Below, piece after piece: positions 30,532 through 40,036 of a stretch of 64,000 nucleotides of DNA (position 1 is its first letter; each line of letters begins with the position of its first letter). This DNA is from an uncultured Acetobacteraceae bacterium (GTDB taxonomy: Bacteria; Pseudomonadota; Alphaproteobacteria; Acetobacterales; Acetobacteraceae). A program made the translations under genes and the position numbers. The notes beneath the pieces were generated by a model. It was given only the letters and a program-made list of their open reading frames with translations. It was not told where the DNA came from and did not search any database. The stretch is from assembly GCA_964249915.1 (NCBI GenBank), contig CAXUEL010000001.1:6659-70658 (forward strand), read 5' to 3'.

Positions 30532-30885
30532 TTATGTGCTGACGAGGACCTTCTGGCTCGCGCCCGTTTGGTCGACGTAAACGATTGTCGCGGACACCGT
30601 GCCCAGGCCGTCCTGCGCGACGGTTACCGACGTGACGGAGGCGATCGTGGATTCGAGGAGCGCCTGCTCGCTGATGAGCGCCGAGAGGGCGGCCGTGTTG
30701 ACTGGTGAACCGACAAATCGGCCGAGGCCCGCCCCGTATCCGGGGTTCCAGGGGTCGTCGCCGGGGTTCGTAAGCAACCGTCGGATAAGCCGCTGTTCAG
30801 TGAGGGCCGCACCGCTGACGAGCGCCAGCCCGGCAGTGCTCGACAGCGCCAGGTCACCGCCCCAGGGGAGCGAAAAGTCGGCCAT
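30532..30885 (-). CDS. Baseplate wedge subunit (gp25/gpW-like)
   Basis: QRLIRRLLTNPGD..W.PGYGAGLGRFVG; position. Confidence 0.8.
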   Translation of the reverse strand: MADFSLPWGGDLALSSTAGLALVSGAALTEQRLIRRLLTNPGDDPWNPGYGAGLGRFVGSPVNTAALSALISEQALLESTIASVTSVTVAQDGLGTVSATIVYVDQTGASQKVLVST

Positions 30886-30899
30886 TGGTGGGCCTCCGG

Positions 30900-31454
30900 C
30901 TATTCGGCGTCCGGCTTCGTGGTCGGCCCGACGCTCTGCTGGTGGTCGTGGCTGTTGTAGTTCCCGCGCAGGCGGTCCAGCGACCCGTGCTGGTCCGAGA
31001 CATCCATCGTAGATGTGATGTTGCCGTCAACGAGAAGGTCGCCTTTGATATGCCAGGCGCCTCCGACACCATGGAGGAAAGCTCCTCCAGGCAGGAACAC
31101 GCCGAACTCGCCAGGCTGCACCGCTTTGCCGGTCACCGCGCTAGTGGGAGGCACGTCCACCGAGCTGAAAACGCGACCGACAACCACCGGATGGTCCGCG
31201 TCCCCGTGCGCGTGAACCACCAGCACCTGGTCGCCGACGGATGGCGGCGACACGATGCCGAAGCCACCGCCCGCGGACACCGCCGACGCATCGGGGATCC
31301 ATCCGGACAGGACGCCCTCGGGCTGGATGGTCACCCGGATTGAGTGGGCGGCCGGGTCTACGCTGGCGACCGTGGCGTAGCGCGGCTGAGCGATGCTCGC
31401 GACGACGGCCTCGGTGTCGCGCCGCAGCGCGTTTCGGAGATGTTCGAACGACAT
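30900..31454 (-). CDS. Baseplate spike (gpV/gp45-like)
   Basis: OB-fold region PPSVGDQVLV; C-terminal HxH metal motif YNSHDH. Confidence 0.85.
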   Translation of the reverse strand: MSFEHLRNALRRDTEAVVASIAQPRYATVASVDPAAHSIRVTIQPEGVLSGWIPDASAVSAGGGFGIVSPPSVGDQVLVVHAHGDADHPVVVGRVFSSVDVPPTSAVTGKAVQPGEFGVFLPGGAFLHGVGGAWHIKGDLLVDGNITSTMDVSDQHGSLDRLRGNYNSHDHQQSVGPTTKPDAE

Positions 31455-31513
31455 TTCGGAGGATACCCAAATCTAGCAGCAAGCGATCCAGATCGGAAGC
31501 AAGCCGTGACGCG

Positions 31514-32632
31514 TCAGCCGACCTCGGCGTCGCTTTCCGTGCGATGGTTCTTGAGCTTAAGCGTCTGCCGGAAGCCCGCGTCCATCGACCATTCGCGGTC
31601 AATCTCGTCCACATAATAAGGAAGGTCGAACGACGTCCCCGTGCCTGACAAGGCAACCACGGTGCGTGCGTCCATAGTCATCTCGCCAGGCATCGTCACC
31701 GTGCAGAGCCGCTCGTGCTTCACGAGGTCCGCATACTGCGCCTGCACGTAGGCCAGCGCGGCCGCCGGGCTCATGCCAGGTCGCGGCGGCAAGACGTATT
31801 CCTGCGCGTCGGCAGCCTTCGTCGTCGGGTAGGCGATTTCCTGCGCGGTCTTCCCCTTGCTGCTCCAAATCCGCATCACGACGCGGATGTCTTTGGCGAG
31901 CGTCAAGTTGCGCTCGAGCTGGATGTCGAGGACCGGGCTGCTCGGATACGCGACGCCGCTGGTAGCGGGCGTCCACGCCAGCGGAACCGGCGTGGCGGTG
32001 GCTGCGTCGACGGCGATCTTGAAATGAAGGGTCTGTCCGGACAAGTAGCAGTCGGCGCCGACATGGCGGGCTAGATATACCAGGAGGTCCCATTCCGTCG
32101 TCGTCTTGCTGAAGCTGTCGGCAGTGAGTTTGTCGTGCTCCAACTGGTAGAAGGCGCCTGCCAGGGTTCCGAAGTCGTCCACATCGACGGTCAGGCTGCG
32201 TCGGGCGGCGAGCGTCTGGACGATTTCGCTCACCGTCTGGTTGGCGAACGTTTCCTTCGTTTTCGCATCAATCAGGCGGCTGCTGAGGTCCCTGCCCTCG
32301 ACCTCGACGGTGCCGCCCACGAGGTCGATGTGGACCTTGTCGACCTGGCCGACGAAGGCGGACTGCCAGGACGCACTGCTCTCTGCGGCGCCGTCGGCGA
32401 GCAGGGCAGCCTGGATTTCGAGGAGCACCGGGGGGTCGGCGTCTGCCCATGTCGAGAGCACGCTGGGGTCGGCGGACGACGAGAAGCGGGCGTAGACGGT
32501 GTTTGCGCGGTAGCTGTTCGTCTCGTGGACGTCGACGCTCTCGCATCCGGTCAAAGGGGTGCCGTTGAGGAGGGCGCGCCAGCGGGGGTGCCGTACGATG
32601 CCGGGGGTGACGGGCCAAGAGGAGGCGTCCAT
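31514..32632 (-). CDS. Baseplate hub / late control D-like protein
   Basis: FVGQVDKV...VEVEGRDLSSRLID.K; TEWDLL..LA; position. Confidence 0.8.
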   Translation of the reverse strand: MDASSWPVTPGIVRHPRWRALLNGTPLTGCESVDVHETNSYRANTVYARFSSSADPSVLSTWADADPPVLLEIQAALLADGAAESSASWQSAFVGQVDKVHIDLVGGTVEVEGRDLSSRLIDAKTKETFANQTVSEIVQTLAARRSLTVDVDDFGTLAGAFYQLEHDKLTADSFSKTTTEWDLLVYLARHVGADCYLSGQTLHFKIAVDAATATPVPLAWTPATSGVAYPSSPVLDIQLERNLTLAKDIRVVMRIWSSKGKTAQEIAYPTTKAADAQEYVLPPRPGMSPAAALAYVQAQYADLVKHERLCTVTMPGEMTMDARTVVALSGTGTSFDLPYYVDEIDREWSMDAGFRQTLKLKNHRTESDAEVG

Positions 32633-32661
32633 GATGCACTCCTTTCTGGTAGGAAGTGAGA

Positions 32662-32952
32662 ATGTCCGACCATGACAATTGGGGTGTTATTGGTATCTCG
32701 GCGCATGTGCGGCTTCCGCCAGGCGTTTCGCAGGTGGAAGCATGCCCTGCCATCAACGAGGTTCTAGAAGGCTTAGGCATTAGCGGCGAAGCAGGGCCAT
32801 TGAGAAGCACAGAAGACATCGTAGTTGTTGGGATGCCCGCCCCTGTTGGGGTTTCGGCCCATGAAGAAGCACGCCGCATTCTGAAGCTACCCGAGGTTTT
32901 TCCAGCCATAACGAAGCGCCTACGGGAGCTTCAGAATGCGGTTCAGCCCTAA
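32662..32952 (+). CDS. Moron-like hypothetical protein antisense to the tail operon
   Basis: 96 aa, markedly lower GC3, opposite strand. Confidence 0.55.
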   Translation: MSDHDNWGVIGISAHVRLPPGVSQVEACPAINEVLEGLGISGEAGPLRSTEDIVVVGMPAPVGVSAHEEARRILKLPEVFPAITKRLRELQNAVQP

Positions 32953-33146
32953 CCCGGCACCCCGCCGCTAAAGCTTGCCTCGAAATCCGGCACCGTCAGC
33001 GTGGTCAACCCCGCCGGTAAGTCTGCCGTCAACAGCCCGTTCGCCTGCGCGATCGCCAGCCAGGCGGTGGCGTCCCCGTACTGCACGCTCGCGATCCAGA
33101 ACAGGTCGCCATCCGCACTCGAAACGGTAACCGTCGAAGGCATCAC
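32949..33146 (-). CDS. LysM / tail protein X-like
   Basis: DLFWIAS.QYGDATAWLAIAQANGL...LP.G.T.L.VP. Confidence 0.8.
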   Translation of the reverse strand: MMPSTVTVSSADGDLFWIASVQYGDATAWLAIAQANGLLTADLPAGLTTLTVPDFEASFSGGVPG

Positions 33147-33279
33147 TGACTCCTGTCAAAAATCGGACCGCCGCAAACGCCCCGCAGAGCCCCGAAAACG
33201 TTGTTGGCCTACCTAAATCCTGCCGGACCGCTTCCGCCCGCCACGGAGCCCCACAGACGTTTTCGGCCGCCAAACTCGG

Positions 33280-34074
33280 TCAGGCCGCCATATTCTTGAC
33301 GGCCCGCCCTAGATACGTGGAAGCCTGCGACGCGGCCGCCTGAGCATCAGCAGCGGCCGACGCCAGCGACAGGTTGCCCAGACCGCCGAAGGTCGTCCCG
33401 GCGCTCGCCCCCGCAGCAGCGACCGACGCGAGCTGCGCGTCCGCTGCGGTGGAGGCGGCCGATGCGGCGGAGGATGCCGTCGACACAGCGGACGACAGCG
33501 ACAGGAAAGCAGGCGACCCACCGGTCAGGGCGGCCCCGACCGGTAGAGCGGCCTGAGCGACGGTGGCGGCTGATGCGACGGCCGGGGCGAGCGAGGACAG
33601 GCCCAGGGCGCTGCTGATGTCCGAGGCTACCGACGACAGCAGGGTCGGCTGGCTGGTGCTGGGGCCGACCGTGACCACGACGCAGACGACGCGGTAAGGC
33701 AGTAGCGACCCGGCCGACCCGTACTCGCAGTCAAAGGTCTTGAGGACCACGTTCCGGCGGAAGGCCCCCCACGTCAGGGTGACCTGCTGTCCGGCAATCC
33801 GGATCGCGTCGAGCTGCATCGCTCGCGAGACAGCGGTGCCGCCGGTGAAGTAGCCGCTCCACTCGATATCCCGGTCATCCCTGCCCAGGGCATCCACGAC
33901 CCGACCACCGCCCGGAAGCTTGTGGACTACAAGCTTCTGGTCACCGCCGAACGGCATGCGCGCCGGGACTTCGAGGCCGCTCAGACCGATGCCGCCGAGG
34001 GTGACGGCGGGCCCGTTGAGGAGGCTCTCGACGGTGGATAGAAGACCGAGGCCGGTGGCGATTATGCCGGACAT
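33280..34074 (-). CDS. Tail tube-initiator / gpU-like tail protein
   Basis: GLEVPARMPFGGDQKLVVHKLPGGGRVVDALG.DDRDI.WSG; TGATG-coupled to the tape measure gene. Confidence 0.75.
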   Translation of the reverse strand: MSGIIATGLGLLSTVESLLNGPAVTLGGIGLSGLEVPARMPFGGDQKLVVHKLPGGGRVVDALGRDDRDIEWSGYFTGGTAVSRAMQLDAIRIAGQQVTLTWGAFRRNVVLKTFDCEYGSAGSLLPYRVVCVVVTVGPSTSQPTLLSSVASDISSALGLSSLAPAVASAATVAQAALPVGAALTGGSPAFLSLSSAVSTASSAASAASTAADAQLASVAAAGASAGTTFGGLGNLSLASAAADAQAAASQASTYLGRAVKNMAA

Positions 34075-36041
34075 CAGTTGAGTCCTCCTGCGCCTGGCTG
34101 TAGCGGCGAGGTGCGGCTGTCGAAGCCGGTGGCGCCCGTGCTGGGCCCGGACGCCTGCCTTGCGTTCACCGTGTTGACGGTGCGCGCCAGGACGCGGCCG
34201 TCCACCTGAAGCGTGCTGTTGACCTGAATGGGCTGCGAACTGCCCGGCTGGACGGTGCTGTAAGGCACGCCGCCTTCGCGTTTGATGCCAAGCGCGTCGA
34301 ACAACCCGTCCAGAACGCCCGCTTCCTGCTTGGGCGCCACCCAGTGGCTGGGGTCGGTGGCCGCACGCTGCTGTGCCGGGGTCATCGACCGGTGCGCCGC
34401 AATAACGTCGCTCTCGCCCTTGTTGAGCGGTGTCGACCGCATCACTGCGGCCACAGCGCCCAGAGGACCTGCGACCCTCAGGATCATCGCGAACAGGCCG
34501 CCCAAGGCACCGGTCACGGAGGCAATCTGCGCCACCGGCACGCCGATGACCTTGGACAGCAGGAATCCAAGGGCGCTGCCGAGCCCTCGCATCGCCGCCG
34601 AGGCCGCGCCGCAGCCGCCTAGGACGAACAGGAGCCCTCGGAACACCGTCAGGAACGGCGACAGCGCCACGGTCGCTACCGCCATGGCGCCACCCAGGAC
34701 CATCAGGCCACCGAGCGCGGCGGTGTACTCGAGCATCTGGCGGGCGGCTTCCGGGTGAGCAATCACCGTCTGCGTCATCCAGTGGATGCCGTCGGTCAGG
34801 GAGTGCAGCACACCGATGGCAGCGGGAACGCCCGCGTCGCCCAGGGCTTGCAGGAAGCCCTTCCAGGCTTCCTGCAGCTCTCGGACGTTGGTGTCCAGGT
34901 CCTTGTCGTGGAGCTGCTGCGAGGAGTCGTCTACACCTTCGGCGTGCTGGAAGAGGTCGGCGGTCCGGGCAAACTGGACCCTGTTCTGGAACGCTTCGCC
35001 AACCAGGCGCTGGGTGGTCTGGCGGCCGAGTAGCTCGGTTAGCTTCGTCAGGACGTCGTCCTTGGCGACACCGGCCTTCTCGAGCATCGGAATCAGCGTA
35101 TCGTTGACCCAGGTGAACTCGTTCTTTTTCATGTCCGCGAGGTGCATACGCTCGCGACCGGCCTCCGTGTTGGTGACGTGGCCGCCTTTTTCGACGTTGA
35201 AGTCGCGCCCCTCTTTCATGATGCCGAGCTTCTCGAAAGCTCGCCACACGTGCAGCGGCGCGGTGCCGCCCTGGAACTGCTGGAAGAGCGACCCCATGGC
35301 CGTTCCGGCGCGCGACGCGCCCATCGCGACCATGGCTTCCGTGGCCCACCCGTAGAAGGCGGTCGGGTCCATGGCCTTGCCAGCTAGACCGGACTGCTTG
35401 GCGAAGGCCAGGTAATCCTGAGGCTTCAACATGCCGCCGGACGCCTTAACGCCCCTGGCCATGGCGTCCATTTCGGCGATGAGCTTCTGCGGGTCTACCT
35501 CTTCCTCACCGGATGCCCCACGGCTGAAGATGTTGCCTCTGAGGTCGGCGACCTTTACGGCATCGCGGACGGCGCTCTCGCTGTCCGCGCCCGTGAACTC
35601 TTGCAAGTTCCACGCAAGCTTGGCCGCGAACGGAAGGACGGAGAAAGCCTTGTCGTGGCTGCCGAGCTGTCCCGCCAGCTCGCGCTCCATCTTCACGGCC
35701 ATCGCCGGGTCCAGGGTGCGGACCTGCTCGGCAGCGGCGAACGCCCGCGCCTTCACGACGGCGGGGTCAATCTTGAGCTTGCCGCCGAGCTGCGCGGTGC
35801 GGTCGAGCTCGCGGTTCAGCTCGCGGCTGGCCTCGATTGCATGCGTGACGCCGTGGATCAGGCCCAAGCCAGCCATCGCGGAGACCACGCCACCGACGGC
35901 CAGGGCGACTTTGCCGAAGGACTTCTCAAGCTCCTTGGCGCCGGTGTTGAGATGAGCGAAATGCCGAGCGATTAAGCCGAGCATTTGCGGCGCGTTGCTG
36001 GTCAGCCCGAGGTGGACGCCGACCCTGAATACGTCAATCAC
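34074..36041 (-). CDS. Tape measure protein
   Basis: 655 aa, helical, Ala/Gly-rich, hydrophobic stretch; follows the chaperone. Confidence 0.85.
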   Translation of the reverse strand: MIDVFRVGVHLGLTSNAPQMLGLIARHFAHLNTGAKELEKSFGKVALAVGGVVSAMAGLGLIHGVTHAIEASRELNRELDRTAQLGGKLKIDPAVVKARAFAAAEQVRTLDPAMAVKMERELAGQLGSHDKAFSVLPFAAKLAWNLQEFTGADSESAVRDAVKVADLRGNIFSRGASGEEEVDPQKLIAEMDAMARGVKASGGMLKPQDYLAFAKQSGLAGKAMDPTAFYGWATEAMVAMGASRAGTAMGSLFQQFQGGTAPLHVWRAFEKLGIMKEGRDFNVEKGGHVTNTEAGRERMHLADMKKNEFTWVNDTLIPMLEKAGVAKDDVLTKLTELLGRQTTQRLVGEAFQNRVQFARTADLFQHAEGVDDSSQQLHDKDLDTNVRELQEAWKGFLQALGDAGVPAAIGVLHSLTDGIHWMTQTVIAHPEAARQMLEYTAALGGLMVLGGAMAVATVALSPFLTVFRGLLFVLGGCGAASAAMRGLGSALGFLLSKVIGVPVAQIASVTGALGGLFAMILRVAGPLGAVAAVMRSTPLNKGESDVIAAHRSMTPAQQRAATDPSHWVAPKQEAGVLDGLFDALGIKREGGVPYSTVQPGSSQPIQVNSTLQVDGRVLARTVNTVNARQASGPSTGATGFDSRTSPLQPGAGGLN

Positions 36042-36055
36042 GGGTGGATCCTCCT

Positions 36056-36535
36056 CTACTCGATGGGGATGCGACCCTCGAAGACCTCAGCGCCGACCAG
36101 GGTTGTCACGACCCCCTGCTGGAGGATCCGCGCGACCTGCTCGCCCGTCTGGACGGCGGCACCGCCCAGGAACGACCTCGGCGGAATCTTGTCCGTCCCG
36201 AGTTCCTGATACTCGGCGATCTCCGAGTTTGACCCGATGGCGGCCTCGAAAGGAGCGACCACGTGCTCGATGCTGTCGCGCAGGCCACCGGTCCGGAGCA
36301 GCGGGTCGTCCTCGGGGAAGCCCTGGCGGACGCGGTCGTCGCGGGTGGCGTCGGCCAGGCTGGCCCAGTCGGCAAAGGGCGAGATGCCGGTCTGATAGTG
36401 GCCGATATTGGACTTTGCCTGGTTTTGGACGACGAGCGCCGCCTGCTCCATCGCCTCCTGGTCGCCGTGCTCCAGGCGTTCGTGGACCGCCGCGAGGTGG
36501 AGCACGAACTCGGCGATGCTGAACTCACGCACCAT
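36056..36535 (-). CDS. HK97 gp10-like tail completion protein
   Basis: PLLRTGGLRDSIE, A.YQELGT.KIPPRSFL. Confidence 0.75.
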   Translation of the reverse strand: MVREFSIAEFVLHLAAVHERLEHGDQEAMEQAALVVQNQAKSNIGHYQTGISPFADWASLADATRDDRVRQGFPEDDPLLRTGGLRDSIEHVVAPFEAAIGSNSEIAEYQELGTDKIPPRSFLGGAAVQTGEQVARILQQGVVTTLVGAEVFEGRIPIE

Positions 36536-36715
36536 CGCTCTCCTTGCTGCCCGGCTTCCGCCACTCGCCGGTCCGGTCATCCCAGGAAGAACCCTCGAAC
36601 TCGGAGAACGTGATTGACCACGCGGCCCGCTCGTCGGCATCCATCTCGTCGATTTCAGCCTGCGTCATGCCGTGCTTCCGCAGCCAGGCGATCTCCCGAA
36701 ATACGGGATGCCGAA

Positions 36716-37084
36716 CTAGGAGGCGGATGCGGCCAAAGGGTCGGCGGCGACGGCCTCCGCGGCCTGCGCTTCGATGGCGTCCTGTGCGGCGCGGTATGCC
36801 TTGACCATCGCCATCTGCTGATGGAGCTGCACCACCGCGAGGCCGTCGTCGCCGAGGCGGTCAATCATGGCGTCGATCTGCCTCTCGTTGGTCGGCTTGG
36901 CGCACGGCACGCCGTCGATGGACACCACGGACGCGGCGGCCTGCACGCTCATCACGTACGGCTGGTTCATCGACTGGTCGGGGCCGATAGCGCGTAGCAG
37001 GCGGAGCTGTTCCAGCGCCGACATGTCCTTGACGGTGAGCTTGCGGCCCTTGGCGTCGGCGAGGACCGTGGGTTCCGCGCTCAT
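36716..37084 (-). CDS. Tail assembly chaperone, with -1 frameshift extension to 36525
   Basis: Between tube and TMP region; C CCT TTG slippery heptamer at 36734-36740; open -1 frame of 72 codons. Confidence 0.8.
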   Translation of the reverse strand: MSAEPTVLADAKGRKLTVKDMSALEQLRLLRAIGPDQSMNQPYVMSVQAAASVVSIDGVPCAKPTNERQIDAMIDRLGDDGLAVVQLHQQMAMVKAYRAAQDAIEAQAAEAVAADPLAASAS

Positions 37085-37527
37085 CAGATTGCCCGCTTGT
37101 AGCGCGCGTAGCCCTTGAGCTCACCGGCGACCGGCGACCCCGACTTCCAGGACCCCGGCTTGTACTGGAGGTCGAGCTCGGTGTACTCGAAAGTGCTCGT
37201 GGTGCCGTTGCGCTCGATGATGGTCTCGTAGCCGGTGAACTGAGGCACGAAGCCGCCCGCGACCCAGTAGGCCGCCTCCAGCGCCGCGAAGAACGTGTCG
37301 ACGGTGGCGTCCTCCCTGTCGAACTTGAGCGACAGGTTGTGGCCGTCTGGCAGCGAGAACTGCCGCGTCGGACCGTCCAAGACCTTGCTCTTCGCGGTCT
37401 CGTACATGGGCTCGGAGTCGTAGCCGGTGAGCTGCGGGAGCTGCATGGTGACACCGGTCGGGCCCACCAGCATGAAGCTGATGTCCTTGCCGACCGAGAA
37501 AGTGGTGTTGGTGCTGGTGCCGGACAT
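37084..37527 (-). CDS. Tail tube protein
   Basis: 147 aa, beta-rich, directly after the sheath. Confidence 0.8.
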   Translation of the reverse strand: MSGTSTNTTFSVGKDISFMLVGPTGVTMQLPQLTGYDSEPMYETAKSKVLDGPTRQFSLPDGHNLSLKFDREDATVDTFFAALEAAYWVAGGFVPQFTGYETIIERNGTTSTFEYTELDLQYKPGSWKSGSPVAGELKGYARYKRAI

Positions 37528-37541
37528 GGGCAGACCTCATG

Positions 37542-37566
37542 AAAAAGGCGCCCCGAAGGACGCCTT
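37542..37566 (-). terminator. Stem-loop + U-tract between sheath and tube
   Basis: AAGGCG-TCCTTCGGGG-CGCCTTTTT on the minus strand. Confidence 0.55.
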
Positions 37567-37599
37567 GGTTGTCTACGATGAGTGGTGGAGGGGTCCGCG

Positions 37600-39126
37600 T
37601 CAGCCGACGGCGACCGAGGCCCCGCCTTGCAAGTTTACGAACAGCTTCTCGGTGATGCCCTGGTAGCGGACCATGACGTTGGCCTGACTGATGCCCAGGG
37701 CGCGGGAAGCATCAGGGTTGTTCGATCGGTCGCAGACCACGGTGTAGGGGATGGAGCCGTCATCGTCGCCGATGAGGTCGTTCGTCTGCATCATGCTGAG
37801 CAGCGCAAGCAGCGTCACGCGGCAAGCCGTCAGGTTCGGCAGGCTGTTCGGCCGTCCGACGTAGACGCCCATGCCGCCGTTGATGGTCTTGGCGATGTAG
37901 TTGGTCATCGCAGTGTAGCTGTCCGACTGCCTCGACGCGTCCGACGAGCTATTGTGGCCGACCAGCGATGACCAGTAGCTGCCACCCGGGCTCGGGTTCC
38001 CGATGACATCGATGCCCGCCAGGACGAGCTCCTCGATTTCGGCGGACGAGTAGCCGACCAGCGCGCCGGATCCGACGGTGCCGGACTTCTGGCTGCCGAC
38101 GATGCCAGCCAGCGCCTTGTTGAGAATGGAGTCGTTCGGAGACAGCGACACGCGCTCGGCGGCCGCGACGACGGCAGGCGACACCAGCCGGATAATGCCG
38201 TTCGTGGTGTCGCTCCAGTAGAGCCAGTCGCCCAGCATCACATGCACGCTGTAGTCGTCGACCCCTGCTCCGCTCTTGTTCGTGGACGCGGTGGCGATGG
38301 TCTCGGATTGCGCACCGGACACGTAGACCTCGATGCCCTCGCCCTGCGCGAACGGGACGAGGACCGCGAACTGCGCCGGGTCCGTCATGTCCACCGGGGT
38401 CGCGGCTGAGCAGCCCTGGCCACGGAGCGCGTAGAGGCCGGTCCGCGGTGCGACATCGACGCCAACCATCGTGGCCGATGTCACCCCGGCGGCGCCGTCC
38501 GCTCCGCCCGCGAGCTGGTAGGCGGCGGCCGTCGGCAGCGCGCCTGCGGCGGCCGCGATGTTGTCGAACACCTCCTGGCTGCCCGACAGGCTGACGACCA
38601 CGCGGAAGGTGCCGACCTTCGAACCCTGGGACACGGAGACCGTGACGCCGTCGCCGACCACGCCGGTGTAGAGCGCGGTGAACTCCCCCGTCGCGGCATT
38701 GAAGCGCACCAGGTTCGACTGGCCACGCAGGACCCCTGCGCCCGTGTTCACTGCGGCGGCGACGGCAGACCAGAATGCGGTGGCCTCGGACAGCACAGCG
38801 GCAGCCAGCGTGAAGGTCGCGGCGACATCGGTCCCGTCGGACACTCGGACCGCCCTGAAGGCGTTGACGCCCTGCAGTGCGGCCACGGTCGCCGCGGTTG
38901 CCAGGTCGTGCACGCGGTTGGTGACTGGGCCGAAGCTGGACACGGCGCCGGACGGGTCACCGAACGTGATGGGCATGCCGACCGGGCCCCAGCTTCCGAC
39001 GCCCACGAGGCCGAGAACGTTGGTCGGAGCACCCGACAGCAGGGTCGGCGGGGCGACAATGGCGACGTAGACGCCTGCGACGAGCTGGGATGCGGGGTTC
39101 GAGCTACCTGCCTGGATGATGGCCAT
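37600..39126 (-). CDS. Tail sheath protein
   Basis: V.GVYV.IVAPP...GAP.NVLG.VG..SWGP; AVRVSDGTD; C-terminal V.V.YQGI.EKL.VNL.GG. Confidence 0.88.
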   Translation of the reverse strand: MAIIQAGSSNPASQLVAGVYVAIVAPPTLLSGAPTNVLGLVGVGSWGPVGMPITFGDPSGAVSSFGPVTNRVHDLATAATVAALQGVNAFRAVRVSDGTDVAATFTLAAAVLSEATAFWSAVAAAVNTGAGVLRGQSNLVRFNAATGEFTALYTGVVGDGVTVSVSQGSKVGTFRVVVSLSGSQEVFDNIAAAAGALPTAAAYQLAGGADGAAGVTSATMVGVDVAPRTGLYALRGQGCSAATPVDMTDPAQFAVLVPFAQGEGIEVYVSGAQSETIATASTNKSGAGVDDYSVHVMLGDWLYWSDTTNGIIRLVSPAVVAAAERVSLSPNDSILNKALAGIVGSQKSGTVGSGALVGYSSAEIEELVLAGIDVIGNPSPGGSYWSSLVGHNSSSDASRQSDSYTAMTNYIAKTINGGMGVYVGRPNSLPNLTACRVTLLALLSMMQTNDLIGDDDGSIPYTVVCDRSNNPDASRALGISQANVMVRYQGITEKLFVNLQGGASVAVG

Positions 39127-39219
39127 GGAGAGGATTCCTCACGCGGAAGCGGCCGCCTCGGACAGGTCCGGGCAGCGTCAGGTGGATGGGATGTCGGTGT
39201 GCGGCAGGCCGCGAGGTGG

Positions 39220-40020
39220 TCAGGCGGCGAGCGTCACGCTGGCGCGCGGGAACAGGATCGGCGACACCGCGCGGGTCTGCATCGTCGCGTATTCGACCGA
39301 GTAGCGAAGGTCCCTGCGGTAAACCCCGGATTTCTGGCCGGTGTCGTCGGGGAACGTGCCGTGATACGCGACCAGGCCCTGAGTGCCGCCCGGCAGGTCG
39401 ATGAACTCGCCGTCGAACACGGCCAGTGCGCCGTCGATAACCCTGGCTGCAGCATCGCGGAGTTCCGGGGTCGGGCACCACAGCGTGACGCGGAAAATCT
39501 GCGCCTGACGCCGGACCTCGCGCGCCAGCGTGACCGGGGCGCCCACGCGGACCGCGAAGTCGGCGGCAACGGGGACCGTCAAAACATCTCCGGATGCCGA
39601 GGCACCTGGCACGATGGCGGCCAGGGCAGTGACGACATCCGCCGGTAGGGCGGCTGCCTGGACCCCGTGGACTTGGCCAGCGAGCAGGACGGAGACGATT
39701 TGTCCGCTGCCACCATTGCCGCCGAAGGTCACCGTGTTCCCGGCGACGGTGGCGGTCAGGGTGACCGGGGCTCGGGATGCCTCGCGGAACTCGGACAGGT
39801 AGCGGGTCAGGTTCCGCACCGCGCCGGGCACCGAAAAGACGGTGGCGTTCACGACCCCGGCGGCGAGCGAGGCGTCCTCAGTGGGCGCGTCCGGCCAGCC
39901 GCGGTAGGCGTTGAGCTCGGTCAGGCCGGGAACGACGCACGGGCTACCGGGGCCGCCGGGGTAGGCTGCATCGACCACCAGGCCGACCAGAGCTTCCTCG
40001 ACATCGGAGAGATCGGCCAT
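39220..40020 (-). CDS. Neck / tail terminator-like protein
   Basis: MADLSDVE.AL..., YRGWP; position before the sheath. Confidence 0.65.
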   Translation of the reverse strand: MADLSDVEEALVGLVVDAAYPGGPGSPCVVPGLTELNAYRGWPDAPTEDASLAAGVVNATVFSVPGAVRNLTRYLSEFREASRAPVTLTATVAGNTVTFGGNGGSGQIVSVLLAGQVHGVQAAALPADVVTALAAIVPGASASGDVLTVPVAADFAVRVGAPVTLAREVRRQAQIFRVTLWCPTPELRDAAARVIDGALAVFDGEFIDLPGGTQGLVAYHGTFPDDTGQKSGVYRRDLRYSVEYATMQTRAVSPILFPRASVTLAA

Positions 40021-40036
40021 GGCGCACCTCCCAGGG

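Noticed and set aside
33280-35349. 689-aa ORF as a single gene
   Set aside because: Only the last 264 codons (from the ATG at 34074) look real; the rest is an alternate frame of the tape measure gene.
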